A stretch of DNA of 64,000 bases, taken from assembly GCA_905178155.1 (NCBI GenBank), contig CAJINV010000024.1, positions 75,494 through 139,493 on the forward strand, given 5' to 3'. Source of the DNA: Amoebophrya sp. A120 (Eukaryota > Protista > Dinoflagellata). The notes under the pieces were generated by a model. It was given only the letters and a program-made list of their open reading frames with translations, made no database searches and was not told the origin of the DNA. Within the stretch, counting starts at the first letter, position 1, and each line of letters starts with the position of its first letter. This document shows, in pieces, positions 35,031 through 48,707 of this stretch. A program made the position numbers and the translations under genes.

Positions 35031-38000
35031 TCAAGTCGTAACGTTTCTTCCGTAGTTGGATTCGAACCCGGGGAAACTTGCAACACTGGAGAACCGAAGC
35101 GAATCCTGACCCTGCATTACCGGTGAAGAGTCCATGTAGCGTGCCCAGATCCAAGTCCAGCGGAAGTGCATATAAGACCACTCCGCGCCGTTGCCAGTAG
35201 ACTCTCGCCGCCAAAAGTCTGCGCGCTTCTGAAACTCTTCTTGAAAATGATAATGCCAGTGCTGGTGTATAGGAGATATCTGTGGCGGTTCTCGGAGAAG
35301 GTCCCGACGACCAGTAAGAAACTTCGTCTCGTACAGAAAAAGCTCTGGCCATTCCCGGGATGGGAATTCCCTCGGGCGGGGATGCGGATTCAGGCAATAA
35401 CCTGTCGTTGATATAATTTAAGTACTTAAGATTTTAGGCTTTATGTATAATCATGCTGGGACGAAGTCAAGAATATTCACTCAGACTTTTCAACATATTC
35501 ATTCTGCTGAACCTGGGCGTGATTTAATAGTGGGCGGTTGATCAGTCTACGTGTGCTCACAACCTTATTCTGCAGCACTGCAACGTCGAAATACCGTAAG
35601 GCGCTCCTCTGAAGTTGTAGGCTTCGAATTCGTCCAGGAATCGCATCCCTTGGAACAAGTACTCTGCCACCATGCCGATCCGACACCGCTCCTCTCGCAG
35701 AATATGTTTCCTCGTGCCCTCGGCCAGAGCTTCTGCATCTGTATCCGCGCCGTTGCCCATAATGTAGGCCTGCAGCGAAGCCTGCAGCGTATTCGTTCCC
35801 TCAGTGTTTATCGTGGTGCGGGACGAGACTCCGAATGGATCATCCCACACCACAACTGGCTTGCCTTCAGCGGCGCCTGAGCCATCGCGGTTCGGTGTGG
35901 CTGGCAAGCTTTCGTGAAAGTAATATCGAAAGGAAACGCTCAGCCATCTCTTGTAGGCGTCCCACGACCCTGCAATGTCAGCGCACTTGCTCGTTCATTT
36001 TCAGACAGTAAGCAATGTATACGGCCTGTCAGCCGAATATGAATATCTATGTATATCTCCATTATATGGCTTGGGAGCTACACAAGCGATACGCAAGAAC
36101 ACGATGCAAAGAAGGCTGCAATAAAGGATCGTGGGCCGTGGGCTCGCAAGTTGAAAATAGGCAGCTTACACGCACATACGAAATTCCACACTTTTACGAA
36201 AAATTCCTTGTCTTGCGGCACGCAGCCGGACCGCAGACGCTCTGCACCGTAAACCGTCGCTTCCACAGTGGGCCAGCCGCGTGTTTTCAGATATCCGTAC
36301 TGCGGATGGAATAACTGAGTGTTATTGATCTTGCAGAACGGCATCATTGCCATGATTGTACTTACCTGATTATTTGTGTTTCGAGTTTGTTGCCCTGCGT
36401 CACAATCGAAAGAACGACGTATCGTACCATCATCACGCAAAAAGCGCACGAGCACTTCTCCATCAGATGCTAGGATTCAGTGCTATTCGCGCACATTTAC
36501 AGCGACTGAGCCAGAAAAATAAGAAAATCATGGGGTTCTCTACCTTCCACGTATCAGGATCGAAACGCGTCTCAGTCGGATACGGTGGCGGGTCATGATT
36601 GCCAAGATGTGCTGCTAAGAATCGATTTGCTACTGCGAGATGGTCCCAGTCAAGATCAATGTCTGCGTTCCAGAAATCTCCAGGTTTCCTGTTGCCCTCG
36701 ACGCGCTCGGTCAGCACTTCTAAGAAGAGGTCTTCGCAGCTTATCCCGTGATCTTGCCGGGTCTTCAGATCTGGAACGTTGGAATACAAATCATGATCTA
36801 GCGCAGCAAGCGCTTGTGGGTCGTGGCTACCGAGGCCTTCTGCGGCCTGCGTGCCGACTACCTCACCTGCCGCGTCCTGCCGTGCCGAAGATGAGCTTGA
36901 GGAGCTGGAGCCCTGTGCGGCGAGAGGGCCAAGTAGAACAGTGTCTGTCGATAGGTTGTCATTGGGTGCAACAGCGGGCGAGGCCGGGTTACAGTGGAGG
37001 TCCTCTTCTCCGCGCCCGGTCTCCGACGTCGGCTCGGGCGCATTTTCAGAAGCGCTGCCAACTCCTTGTTCGTCTTGATCATCTTCTTCCCCATCGTGGG
37101 AAGAAGATGAGCCCGCGTCTTCGAAATCGTCTTCATTCCAGTCAAACTGGTCGTCATAACCGCAAACCGACGAATTGGTGTCACCATCACAATTTCTCGC
37201 ACCATCATCTGCACTGCTGTGATTATCGTCATCGCCACCACCGCCTGTAGCCGCGCCGGGACGGGCACCCGGATCTGGAGATGCGTCGCGGTCGCTGCGA
37301 CGTCCGCCGGGTGGCGACATCGACCTCGAGGGGGTCCCGATAGAAGGGACATCGTCCTCCACACCCCGCCTTCCCCGTGCTGGAGCATGAGGAACAAGTG
37401 GACTCACATCGCGTCCATGTTCTCCCAGTCGTCCGACGTCTCCTTCAGTGCCTGGTGTGGGAGAATCTCCGGGATTAGACACAACAACTTCCCCGCCATC
37501 GCCACCCGAATCCAGTAAGGCTGAACCTTCCCCGGAAGGGGCACTCGGACCTGGTTGCGGACGCGGCTCTTCTTGGCTAACACTACCTCCTGCAGCTGCT
37601 GCTGGATTCGAAGCTGAAGTTTGCGGAGCAGCAACGACCTCATCGCGACTAGATTGAATATCACTGCCCGCTGCGCCAGCAGTCCCAGTGGATGTTGAGG
37701 AACCAGGAAAAATTTCTCCTTCCGCACGATCGCTCATTCCAGTACCAGAAGCACCTTGCGCAGAACCGCTCTCGTTGTTCACACTCGGATTCATTGGAGT
37801 AGCTGCGCTACTTGAATGTTGGTCCGAAACAAGATCGGTCCTGCCACTACCCGCAGCTGCCGACTGGTCAGATCCAACATCAACGCCACAACCCGAATCA
37901 CTACTCGGAGCCGTCGTGGACTGTAGTTCCGCACTGTCGGAAGTGCCTGTTCGCGGTCGCGTTTGCGCGGTGTCTGTTCCGTCTTGCTGCGGCAACATCT

Positions 38001-41000
38001 CCTGCTGCGCAGGAATACTTGATGTGGCAGCAGAATGGATAAGTTCTTGGCCTTGCTGTAGCTCAGCATCCTGATGAAGGCTGGTAGTTTCCGACGACTG
38101 GTTTCCTTCCTCGCCTTCTCTTGTCCTTTGCTGTGCTCCCGTTTCGTGGTTTTGCTCAGCACTGCTCGTCCTTTGCCCGGTGCTGGGACTACCACTCGTA
38201 CTACCCGTCTGATCAGCACTTTCCGGGGGATCAGGCGATGACGCGGACGGAGCAGATGATGGTGACCCAGCTCCTGCTGCTGGTACTTCACCTGCTTGAG
38301 CTTCTCCAGCATCCGAATCAGCAGAACTGGTTGCAATTCCTGGACTTGCAGTCGAAGCCGCGGTCGGCTCAGCAGGTACTGTCGGCTGAGCCGGCACCGC
38401 AGCAGCAGGAACCACTACTGGCGCAGGGGCGGAAACAGGCCCTGCAACGTGTGCAGGAGGCCCGGGAGCGGCCGGTGCTGGCGCCGGTCCTGCTGCACCA
38501 CCAGGGGTCGGAGCAGCGGGTTTTGCCTTTGGTTTCGCCGGCGCTAGAAACTCCGGGGCGTAAGCGGGTCCTGGGGGTAACAAGCTCGAGAGCACGGATG
38601 AAGGGGAGCTCTGAGTAGGAGGAGAAAGCGGCTGATGCTGCGGAGGAGCTTTTGGTGGGCCGCTAGGGTTTCCTCCATGTGGACCACTACCGCCACCGCC
38701 ACCTCCATCCCCGTTGAAGATTCGTGTCGGGACCAGAATATTCGGCTTATACCCGCCGCCGAAGCCGCCAAACGGATACTCGTCCCCAGATGATCCCAGC
38801 TCTGCTTTTTGTTTGTTCCCCTCGCTAACGTTGCCCATATGCACCGCCAGGCCCGTGGCGCCAGCGAGAAGACAAACGGCGACGATGCTGATGATGATGG
38901 TTGAGAGCGAGGAGGCCAAAAAAGCGGCACAGGGGCCCGCGGAGGATGTTGAGGATGAGGAGGGGTCCTCTATCAGGGGGTGAAATTTGTCTTGCGTAAG
39001 GTCCTCGTGGTCAAGAACATCTTCACGTGCACAAAAACTTGGTGTCCTCGTCGTGTCTCTTTGCGCTTCCTCGTCGAAACTTTGTGTCGCAGATGCCAAG
39101 CATGCGGTCTTGTTCCTGGAAGCAGGAGCAACGTCTCTTCCTGTGTCATCTTCCGCCTTCTGAGGCTGCTGATGTGACAGAGAGGCATTCTCGGCTCCTT
39201 CCCTTTCAGGAGGTAGTTCCTGAACATTTATCCCATCCATCTCCTCCTCAGAGGATGACACCAGCTCTGGCTCGTGCTCTTCTGGTGGTTCATTTTCGAA
39301 CTTTCGCTTGCCATGTCTGGTATCTTTTCCCTCGCCAGCTGAAGCCCCGTCCTCTCCGTCGATTTGGCCTGTACTAGCGCCATCGTCATCCTGCTGTCCA
39401 AGACCATTCTGCCGTCGTGCCGATAACCCCGCTCCCTCACCACCGGTAGTGCCCTCGAGAGCAGTCGTCGAGTTGTAGGAGTAGCTCTCTTGTTTCGCCA
39501 AAAGCGGTAAAAACGCCGTCTGATCGATGTATTCCTCTTCGTAAATGTCCGACAGCCGGCGGCCCTTCCATTTCGTCGTCTTCCCCTTCATGTCTTCTTC
39601 ATTGACCAGGTTCTTCGGCGTTTTCAGTAGCAGCTTTTGCTGTCTCTTCTTGGTCGTGGTTCCTCCACGACCTACTTGGCCTGGCTGCAAATTCGCAAAA
39701 TCATTCTGAAGATCATCTCCTTCTGGCGTCTCCAAATACTTCAGCACCGTCTGCGCGTCCCACCGCCTTTCCCACCGCCACCGCAGCGTGACCTGCAGTA
39801 GTGATACCAGATGGCCGAATAGCGCCGCGTCTTGCTCTTCCCACCTGCGGGATTTCGAATACAGAATCCGGACCCGGGAATCCGCCACGGCGAACTGCGC
39901 CCGCATCCCGCAGCCCTCTAAATGCTCGTACGGCGCCCGCCCGTACAGCAACTGGTAGAGGATGATCCCCAAGGCCCAGACGTCGGCCGCCGGGCGCATC
40001 TTCAAACTCGCCGACCCCTCGTCCGGTTGGTAGAACGCCTCGGGCGGCATGTAGCGTGGCGTGCCGCACTGGCGGTCGCGGGAGACATGGGTGATGCCCT
40101 CATCCTTGTTGATCCCCCGCGCGAGGCCGAAGTCAGAGACCTTCACGATGTTGTCCACGATGAGAAAATTCGCGGGCTTCAGGTCAAAGTGGATCAACCC
40201 GAGGCTGTGGATGGCCGCGACGCCAGCGACCATGTCGCGCCAGAGATTGCGAATATCGTAGATAGAGAAGATTTCGTAGTTTTTCCGAAGAAAGGAGTGC
40301 AGGTTGGGTATCGGAGGGGAAAGGAGGTGCGTTGGTTGTCCAATGGAGAGGATATTTTGTCATGCTCATCTATCGCGTGGTACAAAATGGCAATGACAAA
40401 TTACATGCGCCTGCGGCTGCACGACTCCTACGAGTCAATGAATATGCACAAGCTGCTTCTTGCCGCGCGCATCAACGCGTGCCATCTTCTGAATCGCTGT
40501 TTAGAATCAGAGAAACTTAACTATCTCTTTCAAACAAACCAACACAACCCTTTCCATCCCATACCACAGTCCGCGAATTCCAACAGAATGTGGATCACCA
40601 AGTCTTTTGGAAAAAATTTCGCTTCGCCGATCATCTTCACTACCCGCAGCTCGTCCACCGCGTTGTGTCTACCATTCTGGGTACTAGTTCCGGCCTTCGC
40701 TGCCCGATTTTTGTCCCGCAAAGCTCGCAGCCAGTTTACCTCCATGGCGAACGAGCGCATTTGCCTCGCGTCCCGAGCATAGACGACTTTGAGTGCGTAG
40801 CGGGTAACGGATAACTGAGAAGCTTGCTCCTTGTTTCGACTTGCACTGCTGCTTGTTCCATTGTGCTGACCACTTCGCGACGCGTCATGGTTGGAGCTAT
40901 AGTTGGCCCCACGACTCCCCGATCCCGAGGTCGTTGTAGTTGATCCTGTATCTCCCACACAAGTTCGCAAATCCACGCACTCGAACACCTCCGCCGACCC

Positions 41001-43330
41001 GCCCTTCCCGATCCGCTTCACAACTTCGAGCAATAAAGTCGGCTTGTTGAAGTCCACGTGATGGTTGTCAACCACCTGTTCCCCCATGCAGATGACCATG
41101 CCGGGGCCAACGCGGGCGGTGGCGGTCTATCCTGAGTAAAAACGTACCCACACCAAAGTTGTAATGCAGATTTGCAAAGACAGGACGACTTGTAATGCGC
41201 ATCCCCATGAGAGCCATTTCCAATCGTGTTTTGGAATTTGTGATGCTCTGAACAGGATGAGCAGCTGAATCTGTGATGCGGCTTCGCTTGCTAACCAGCG
41301 CTACACTGCGTAGTGCAATTTGTCATGCGTGACTCCCAAAACTCCTAGGTTTGTGTTGCAAAATCCCAATACTGACTCTGGTGTGGGGACGTTTTTACTC
41401 AGGATACGGTCACAGCGATGTTTTTCCGCTGGATAAACGCAACCGTGGAGAGTAGGGAGTCGTTTTCTTTGTACGAATATCAAATGTAAAAATGTCTGGG
41501 TCTGGAAGAATGCAACTTGTCATGCTAAATCTGAAACAAGCAAGAATCTGAGTTGCATGATTACCAAAAGTCGTCCAGTTTTGACCAAGTCGGGAGGGGG
41601 TTTCTCATGCAGGATAGGCATGAGAGAGGTCGCGCAGAATATGTCATGCTAGGTCCTGCATTATAGACCTCATGGGTCATGGAAAAGCTGCATGACAAAT
41701 CGCTCACTCTTCCAGACCCAGACATTTTTGCATTTGATAACGAAGTCCGGCAGTCCTCGTCGTTGAAATACTCCGGTATGTCGCTCGGGGAGTTGAGAAA
41801 GGGGGCGTTGTGGCGCCCGTAGACGGGGATCGTGCTGCAGCTCGCGGAGGTAATAACTACGGGCTCGGGCGCATGTTGTTGGTTCTGCGCATTTATGTTC
41901 GCAGGACTCGCATCGCGGGCTGGATCCTCGATATCGCCAGGAATCTCAGCATACGAACGGCGATCTGCATCACCGCGGAGGATGCCATCAGGCGCGGGAG
42001 AAGGCTCGACCTTTTGATCCGCGCGTCTGGGAGCTATCGGTGCGGGATCCGGGACGACGGGGGCCTGGTGGTTGTCGGCCTTGTCGCTGCACCATCCAGA
42101 GCTGGTAGTGTCGCGAGGATTTCTGATATGAAAACCGCGACGTCCACCATTCTCCGCTTCAGCTACAGGCTGAGCTTCTTCTTGCTTCTGGTGAAGCACT
42201 GACTCCACATTTCGCTGTAGCTCGTTCTTACCGTTTGACATGCCAACCACAGCCACCTTTGGCAAGTCCGCCTGGTAGACGAAGTCTTGCAGTCCTTGAG
42301 GCTGCTGGTCGTTTTGGCCAGCATTTTGGTGTCGCTCCTGCGGTGCGGCGGGCTGTTTGTCACCGTTTTCGCAGTCGGCACTGCTTTCGAAACTGGTTTC
42401 TCTGTTTTCCAGCCGCCCTGTGGCTGTGCGGGAGTTCTTGTGCTTGTTGTCGCGATAGGCATCAGTGACACCCGCATGGTCCTCAACATCATGTCTGACC
42501 CTGGGAGCAGCCAAGGAATAAGATCTCTCGGAGGTGGTCTCTCTGTTCGGATTGTAGGACGAATATTGGTCAAGGTCATCTGGTGTCGCCGCAGGCCGTA
42601 TTTCCACTTGGCCGCGGCCAGAGCGCCGCGCCGGAGGAGCTCCAGCACCTCTATCGCTTCTTAATATCACATCATCCTCAATCGTGCTTGTCGCTGCTGG
42701 CCTCCTGGCGTCGTTCTGGTCTTGGTAGTACGAGCTTCCATAATTTTTGCTGGCGGAAAATACACTGGTGCCCACTACAGCTGCACCGTCGTAGGAGGTG
42801 CGGTTCTCCACTTGGAAAGCGCGACGGCCGTGTGGAATTATAATTCCCCGATCTGGTGGCAGGCCCTGCTCCGCCTCGTGCGCAGCATGCCACTCATTTT
42901 GGGCAGCCCGGTCTTGCACAGCTTCTGCTTGGTGTCCCACGCTGGCCCCAAAGTCTCCGGCTCCGGCATAAGCCTGTGCATGGCCACAAACTTCCGCTTG
43001 TTCAATCGTGGTCGCAGTATGCAACGCCGACGTTGCTTGCGTGGGAACTGGGGCGACGGGTAAAGGGTAGGTGGGTACGTCATGCTCTTCTTGGACAAAG
43101 CGCGCACGGTTATTTTCGAAGCGTCTATTCGTGTTACCCGGCACTGCTAAGTCGCGGCCGGCATTAGCAGCTCCACATGGCTGTTGTATGCCACCGTGCG
43201 GATCGGGATGGTGAGGGTTAAAATTTTTACATTGATCAGTTGGAATCGCGGGTCGTGGGGGATTGTCGTTGGGCTCGAAATGGTGGTCGCGCCGGTCGCC
43301 CATAGGGTACAGCTCCGGGTCGTTCCACAA
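35031..43330 (-). CDS. Mps1/TTK-like protein kinase fused via a TM helix and low-complexity stalk to a family X domain; 3 introners
   Basis: IGKGGSAEVF, YALK, EFADC|DL, HFDLKPANFLIV, DFG, GTPRYMPPEA, DVWALGIILYQL; HxDLKPANF is typical of Mps1/TTK. TM IIISIVAVCLLAGATGLAV. Downstream SCEDLFLEVLTER, RCRIGMVAEYLFQ and GYCLNP..WSYMHFRWTW. Start and last exon joins are uncertain. Confidence 0.75.
40309..40563. mobile_element. Old introner, family G, TSD decayed
   Basis: Imperfect TIR tatcggaggggaaaggaggtgcgttgg..ccaacacaaccctttccatcccata; interrupts the kinase hinge region. Confidence 0.8.
41128..41406. mobile_element. Introner, family E
   Basis: tatcctgagtaaaaacgt..acgtttttactcaggata; TSD cggtc; removal keeps the kinase frame. 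Confidence 0.93.
41478..41739. mobile_element. Introner, family A
   Basis: TIR present; TSD acgaa; removal keeps the kinase frame. Confidence 0.93.
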
Positions 43331-44559
43331 TCAGAAGGAAGAGTCACTGGCTTCTAGGTAAAAATAAAGGGGTGTCGGTGTCGCTCCATTTGTCGATGTC
43401 GATGTTTTGCCGTTAGTTATTATACAACTTTTACTCGTCGAAAGACAAAGAGATAGTCACAAACCCTTTTCGGAAGAGATTAGATACTACAACTGCATGC
43501 GCAAAAATGCGACCCTCGTTAAGAGAACTGCTCGCTCCTCATGCGTCTTTCAGCCCGTTGTCGTGTTTTTCGGATCTCCACCCGCGACTGCAAGATTGTA
43601 AAAACGCCTTCAGAGCTGCAACAAGTTTGTGCTCCGATCGGGATGGGCTTCTCGTCGAATTGAATGTAGACACTTGCAACTCCATGCGTATCTGATGTGG
43701 CTTCAATTGTACAAATAAGTAAACTCCTTTCTAAAGATGAAAAGTCGACACATAATTATATATCTTTGAAATTGCGTGCTGAAACTGAAACCGGTGGGAT
43801 GGATGCTGAGTGTCTTACAAAATTTTTTTTCTGCTCGTCCGGCAACTACTTTATCATATCTGGAAAAATGAAACGGTGAAAAGTGAAAGCGGTTTTTTTT
43901 CTCTAGATTCTCGTCCACCCGTATATCGATAAAACAATGTTGAGTGACTACAAAAGGGCTTCCAAGTTGTGCTAGTCATCATACACTAAATTCCAGAAAC
44001 GTTGCCGGCTGTCAAAGGCAGTCTCATGGAGGAATTATCTAGGGCTATGTCTACGTACTGAAACAATGGTCGCCAATATACCGCAACCACAACTGCCCGT
44101 GCCTGAAGCGATGTTGAAAAAACGATTGTTTTTATTGAAACACATAGAGTGGTGCTGAGACGATGCCACGACGACGAGAGGCGATCCGACAGAACGACTA
44201 AATACGATTAGATTTATTTCCATAAAAGCGATTTTAATTTCAGGTCGCGAGAAGAAGCAGATGATTTTTACAAGCAAGAGCAGTCTGGGCGATGAGAAGT
44301 AAAAAAGGGTTTTCGATTTATTTGACTTTTGCGAATTAGTGTTCATCTTGAGAGCCTCGCACTATTGCCATTTCTGCATGTCAAGATGTGTAATTTCTTC
44401 GACACCATGAACTGCCAGCCGGTAATGCACTATGTTGGAAATGGATCACCAGACTCACTGACATGGACCTTGACGTAGTAGTTGATCTCATCGCAAGTGA
44501 ACGTTATCGGAGCAGGTAGTATCTTGAGAATATGAATAGGATTGTGCAGCCCATAACGT

Positions 44560-44811
44560 TATCAAATGCAAAAGTGTCTCGGTCTGGAACAGTGGAACTT
44601 GTGATGCGTGTCTTGCATTCCTGGAAAATCTGTGTTGCATGAGCAGCAAAAGAGGAGCTTGTTTTGTGATGCAAAAACGCAATTTGTGATGCGTGGTAGG
44701 CATCAGCAGGCGTCTCCAAAACTTGTCATGCCTGGCTGCCATTGCAAGCGCTTCATTCATGCTCAATTCAGCATCACAGATTTGCAGACCCAGACACATT
44801 TGCAGCGCATA
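44560..44811. mobile_element. Introner-type element, family A; host gene not resolved
   Basis: TIR present; TSD aacgt/aatgt. Confidence 0.85.
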
Positions 44812-45200
44812 AATGTCCATCTTCCTCCCGCATGCTTCAACATCGTCAATTTCAAGGGAGGTTCTTTGAGCTATTCATACATGGAATGCACCGGGAACGA
44901 TCATGATCATGTTGATCCTGCATCCGTAGCCGGAATAAACCGTGTTGCTCTTCTTCGAGCGCACGAAGCTGCCGTAAAGAGAAGAAGAAGAACTGCAGTA
45001 GAGGCGCGTTTATGTCGCAGCTCACAATGGATCATTATCACCTGCTCTTCGGATGATCAGCACAACTACTCCAAGCGCATTTTGGTGGAACCGTCGAGAA
45101 GTAGTTTTTTTGGCATCCTCCACAAGAAGTGGCCGATTCGCAGGTCTTGTTGTCTTCGCGCGATGAATTTTTCTTGTGCTTGTATATATTTATTTATGTC

Positions 45201-45267
45201 TTCGTAGAGGGCTATCGTTCGTAGAGGGCTATCGTTCGTAGAGGGCTATCGTTCGTAGAGGGCTATC
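45201..45267. repeat. 17-bp tandem repeat, ~4 copies
   Basis: (ttcgtagagggctatcg)x3 plus a nearly complete fourth copy. Confidence 0.9.
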
Positions 45268-47456
45268 AATTGTAAGAGAAGACCAGGAATTTCGATGTCG
45301 GTATACGTGTTGGGCAGTTCGAAGATGCCACGTCGTTAGCGCCAGGTGTTGAGTATGCATGAACTAGACAAAATATTATGACTCACAACAGATGACAACT
45401 TGGGGCAGATGAAGAGGTATGCTTGTATGATATGTAGTTTCAGATACCTCGGATGCCCCAAGCAGACAATGGTTGCGTGTTTCTCTTTCACACAGACATT
45501 TTTTCTGGTCTTTTTTTGTCAATCGATACGGGTGCTGCGTGGATACAGTAAATTTTACGTAGCGCCTGCCACTAGTAGGAGTGAGCATCTGGTGGCAACA
45601 GGCAAGAAGCTTACTAATTACGCCGTGAAGGCAAATGGAGGACGATGCGAAGGGGGACATGATAACGGAGATGCCGACAGGTACGCATCCCGGGGTCCTC
45701 GTTACAAAGTGAGAACAACGCCGGACGGTGTAACTCATTTTAGGACACCCAAGAGGATGCACCAGCGGAAAGTGTTTTTGTACGGAAGCACTAGGTCACG
45801 CAGTAAGAGGTCGGTCCATAGGACTTTTTCGGCCCTTCATCATCATCATCATCATCTTCGCGCGATGAATTTTTCGCAAAACTCCACCTCCTGCACCAGC
45901 CTCGCCGACAACAGAGCCACTTTCTCATTTTTGTGAAAAACTAGAAGAACTAACTCGTGGTCCGGCAATGTCGAAGACTTGCACTTCTACTCTACTCTAG
46001 GCCTATTAACTTCTGCTAAGCGTCAACGACAAACTCAGCAACGCTGCGCTTGTTCCAACACAAAATGTTCCGACAGAGAACGCAACATTGGTTCTGTATG
46101 CAATTACGAAACAAGGACAAGGAGAAGAACGGCACAACTACCCGCGGCTGACGCAAGGAACAGAGCAAGATTTATTTAGAAGGAACAGAGCGAGATTTTA
46201 CCTTTCGCATCGCAATCATTTTCGTCCCCTGATCGTTAAAAAGCAGCCGGCCGCAGTTGCAGCCTCACTATACCTAGCCTGCATAGCCGCTGCCGCTGTA
46301 AGCTGGGTATAGCATAGCTGCAACGGCGGCTGGCTGCTGTCAGCACTGCAGACGAGACAGCTGCTGACTGCATGGTCATAATTTTTTTTTGTCATCATAA
46401 GCTTTTGGTACAAGGGATAGATAGTATTAATTTTCATCAGCTGCTTCCGTGTTTCTTTTTCATCCTCGATCGACTGTACTGGCGAAAGGCAATTGATCGA
46501 CACAATTCCTTCCGGCGTGATATGGTGGCTATTGACTTGTTAACTTTCAAGTCAAAAACTCGCATCGCCTATCTGCGTGTATGAATACTGGATCATGATC
46601 GACGGGGATCGGAATTTGTATGTAATGCTAATTTCGAATATTAACGATAATTAATTTCGAATAGGAATAGACTAGTGTTGAGATGGACAAAAACCACAAA
46701 TCTTCGTAGTTCGCGTTTCGTGTTTGTCAGCTTGTAATGCTACTTCTGCATCTCCCATGCTACGCACCTGCTCGCGACATTGACAACAACTATTGTAGTT
46801 GCGTCACACAGTCGCTGCATGGCAGGTTGTATTTCAGTTTGAATAGAGTCGTCCCTACTTTTCAATATCCTGTCCACATAACGCTACAGAAATATTTTGG
46901 TTACACAGGTGAAACACGCAAAAAATCTTTCTAACTATGAATGTGAGACAGGATTCATCGATTGCTATGGAATAAAAGGTTTCAATTCACAACTTGAATA
47001 CTTACATTTTGGATCGTCTATAATTGTACGTTAAAAACCGGAATTTCATCCTTATTGACTTCTGACAAACATCGACATTTCTATACTAGCTGGTGAGCAC
47101 ATTTCGATTTTTTCCTATACCGTTCTTTAAGTGAGTGCTCAGAGTCGTGAGACTTATTTCTTCTCTTCTTCTGAACCCCTCTCCCGAAGTAGACTTACTC
47201 GAAAAGGAGAGATGGTCGTCCATCTGGTGAATGAATTGTGACTAAAGTAGTGCTGGTGGGCCGCTTTATGATGACAGTCATCTTATGTATAAAAATAGAA
47301 AAACAAAACAAGTACAGAACTGGCTGAGAAGAAAACAAAACAAGTCGCATGATTCGTACTTTCATCCCGCGAACTATTTTGCTCACCTCTTCCGCCCACT
47401 CGCCGCGCTCCTTCCCCCGCCGCCACCTTTCCGGACCGTTGACTTTGCGTTCCTGG

Positions 47457-47609
47457 TATCCTGTGCAAACGTATCGTACTCGTAGTAATCGCATTTATGC
47501 ATCACAAATCTACTTGCTATTGCAAATCCGCATTACAAATGAAATTTGTAATGCTGAGCCAATTTGTATTGCGATTTATACAACTAGCACGATACTTTTG
47601 CAGTTCATA
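47457..47609. mobile_element. Introner, family B (B-only)
   Basis: TSD cctgg; empty in A near 1210. Confidence 0.92.
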
Positions 47610-47673
47610 CCTGGCCGCCTGTGCCTTCGCTTTCGCTTTGGCCGCGGCCGCCGCGGCTTTCGCCCGGGCTTTC

Positions 47674-47891
47674 TATCGCAAGAAAAAGGTGTTTACAGAT
47701 ACACATTGTGTTGCATGCGAAGCAAGACAGACAAGTTCTGTCATGCGGGAAATGCTTGCCAACCTCATTTCATTCGTGATTTCCCTTGTAGTCTGCGCAA
47801 CACAGGTTTTCTTTGCCATGTCGAGCAACTTTGTGATGCAGAAACTCCAACAAATGTGTTACTGTAACACTTTTAGTTTTATCCTGTGATA
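47674..47891. mobile_element. Introner, family C (shared with A 1274)
   Basis: TSD ctttc; near-identical to 1274-1487. Confidence 0.9.
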
Positions 47892-48707
47892 CTTTCTGCT
47901 GCTGTGCCAGTAACTTCGCCTGCTTCTCTCGGGCCTCCCTTTCCAAGCGAATCGCCCGGGCCTTGTTCTTTTCCCGTTTCCTCCGCTGCAGTTCCTTCTG
48001 GTACGGCCTCTTCAAGCGGACGTAATCGACCGTGCCGCGCTTAGACAGCGTCGTTGGGAGGAGGAGCATGTTTTCGAGATGTAGATCGAACTCGGGATCT
48101 TCCGGTTCCTCTTCCACTAGCAATTGCTGTTGTGCTGCCTGCCGCTGTCTCATCACCTCCTTGGCAACAACATCTTGCGCTCCTGCTTTTCCAGTAGTTC
48201 CCAGCCCGAGAAGACCTCGCGACGTGCCGCTCTGATGGTTCAGAATTCCAGGCTTATTCTGTCGTTGCAGATTGATTTTATGAACTGCCGAAGATGAGGA
48301 TGAGGATGAAGAAGACTGGTTGATCGTAGGTCTTTGAACACCGCTACTACTTGGTGGAAGTTTATTCACATTAGAACTCGGCAAGGAACTACTTGCACTG
48401 GAGTCGTAGTTCTGCAGCCCCATAGTAGCGCTCTTTCCGCTTCTGCCGTGTAGTTCCACCCTCTTCGCAACTGCGCCATGCGCAGCTGCCCTCTTCATGA
48501 TCCCTGTGCCGTGTAGTTGAACTTGTGTTATCCCACTACCGGTTCTGGCGACTTTCCCTTGTCGCGCGGGCCCACTTCCAGGCGGCAGCATCGTCTTTTT
48601 CAGGTGTTTATTCTGCTGCTCCACAAGTCTAGCTTGCTGTTCTCGAAGTTGACTTGCCTGCTCCTCCTGTTCCTTGTCCGCCGCCTCTTTCGCTTCCTTT
48701 TCAGCTT

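Noticed and set aside
43400-47300. Possible gene hosting the IE at 44560
   Set aside because: I could not assemble a convincing reading frame on either strand.
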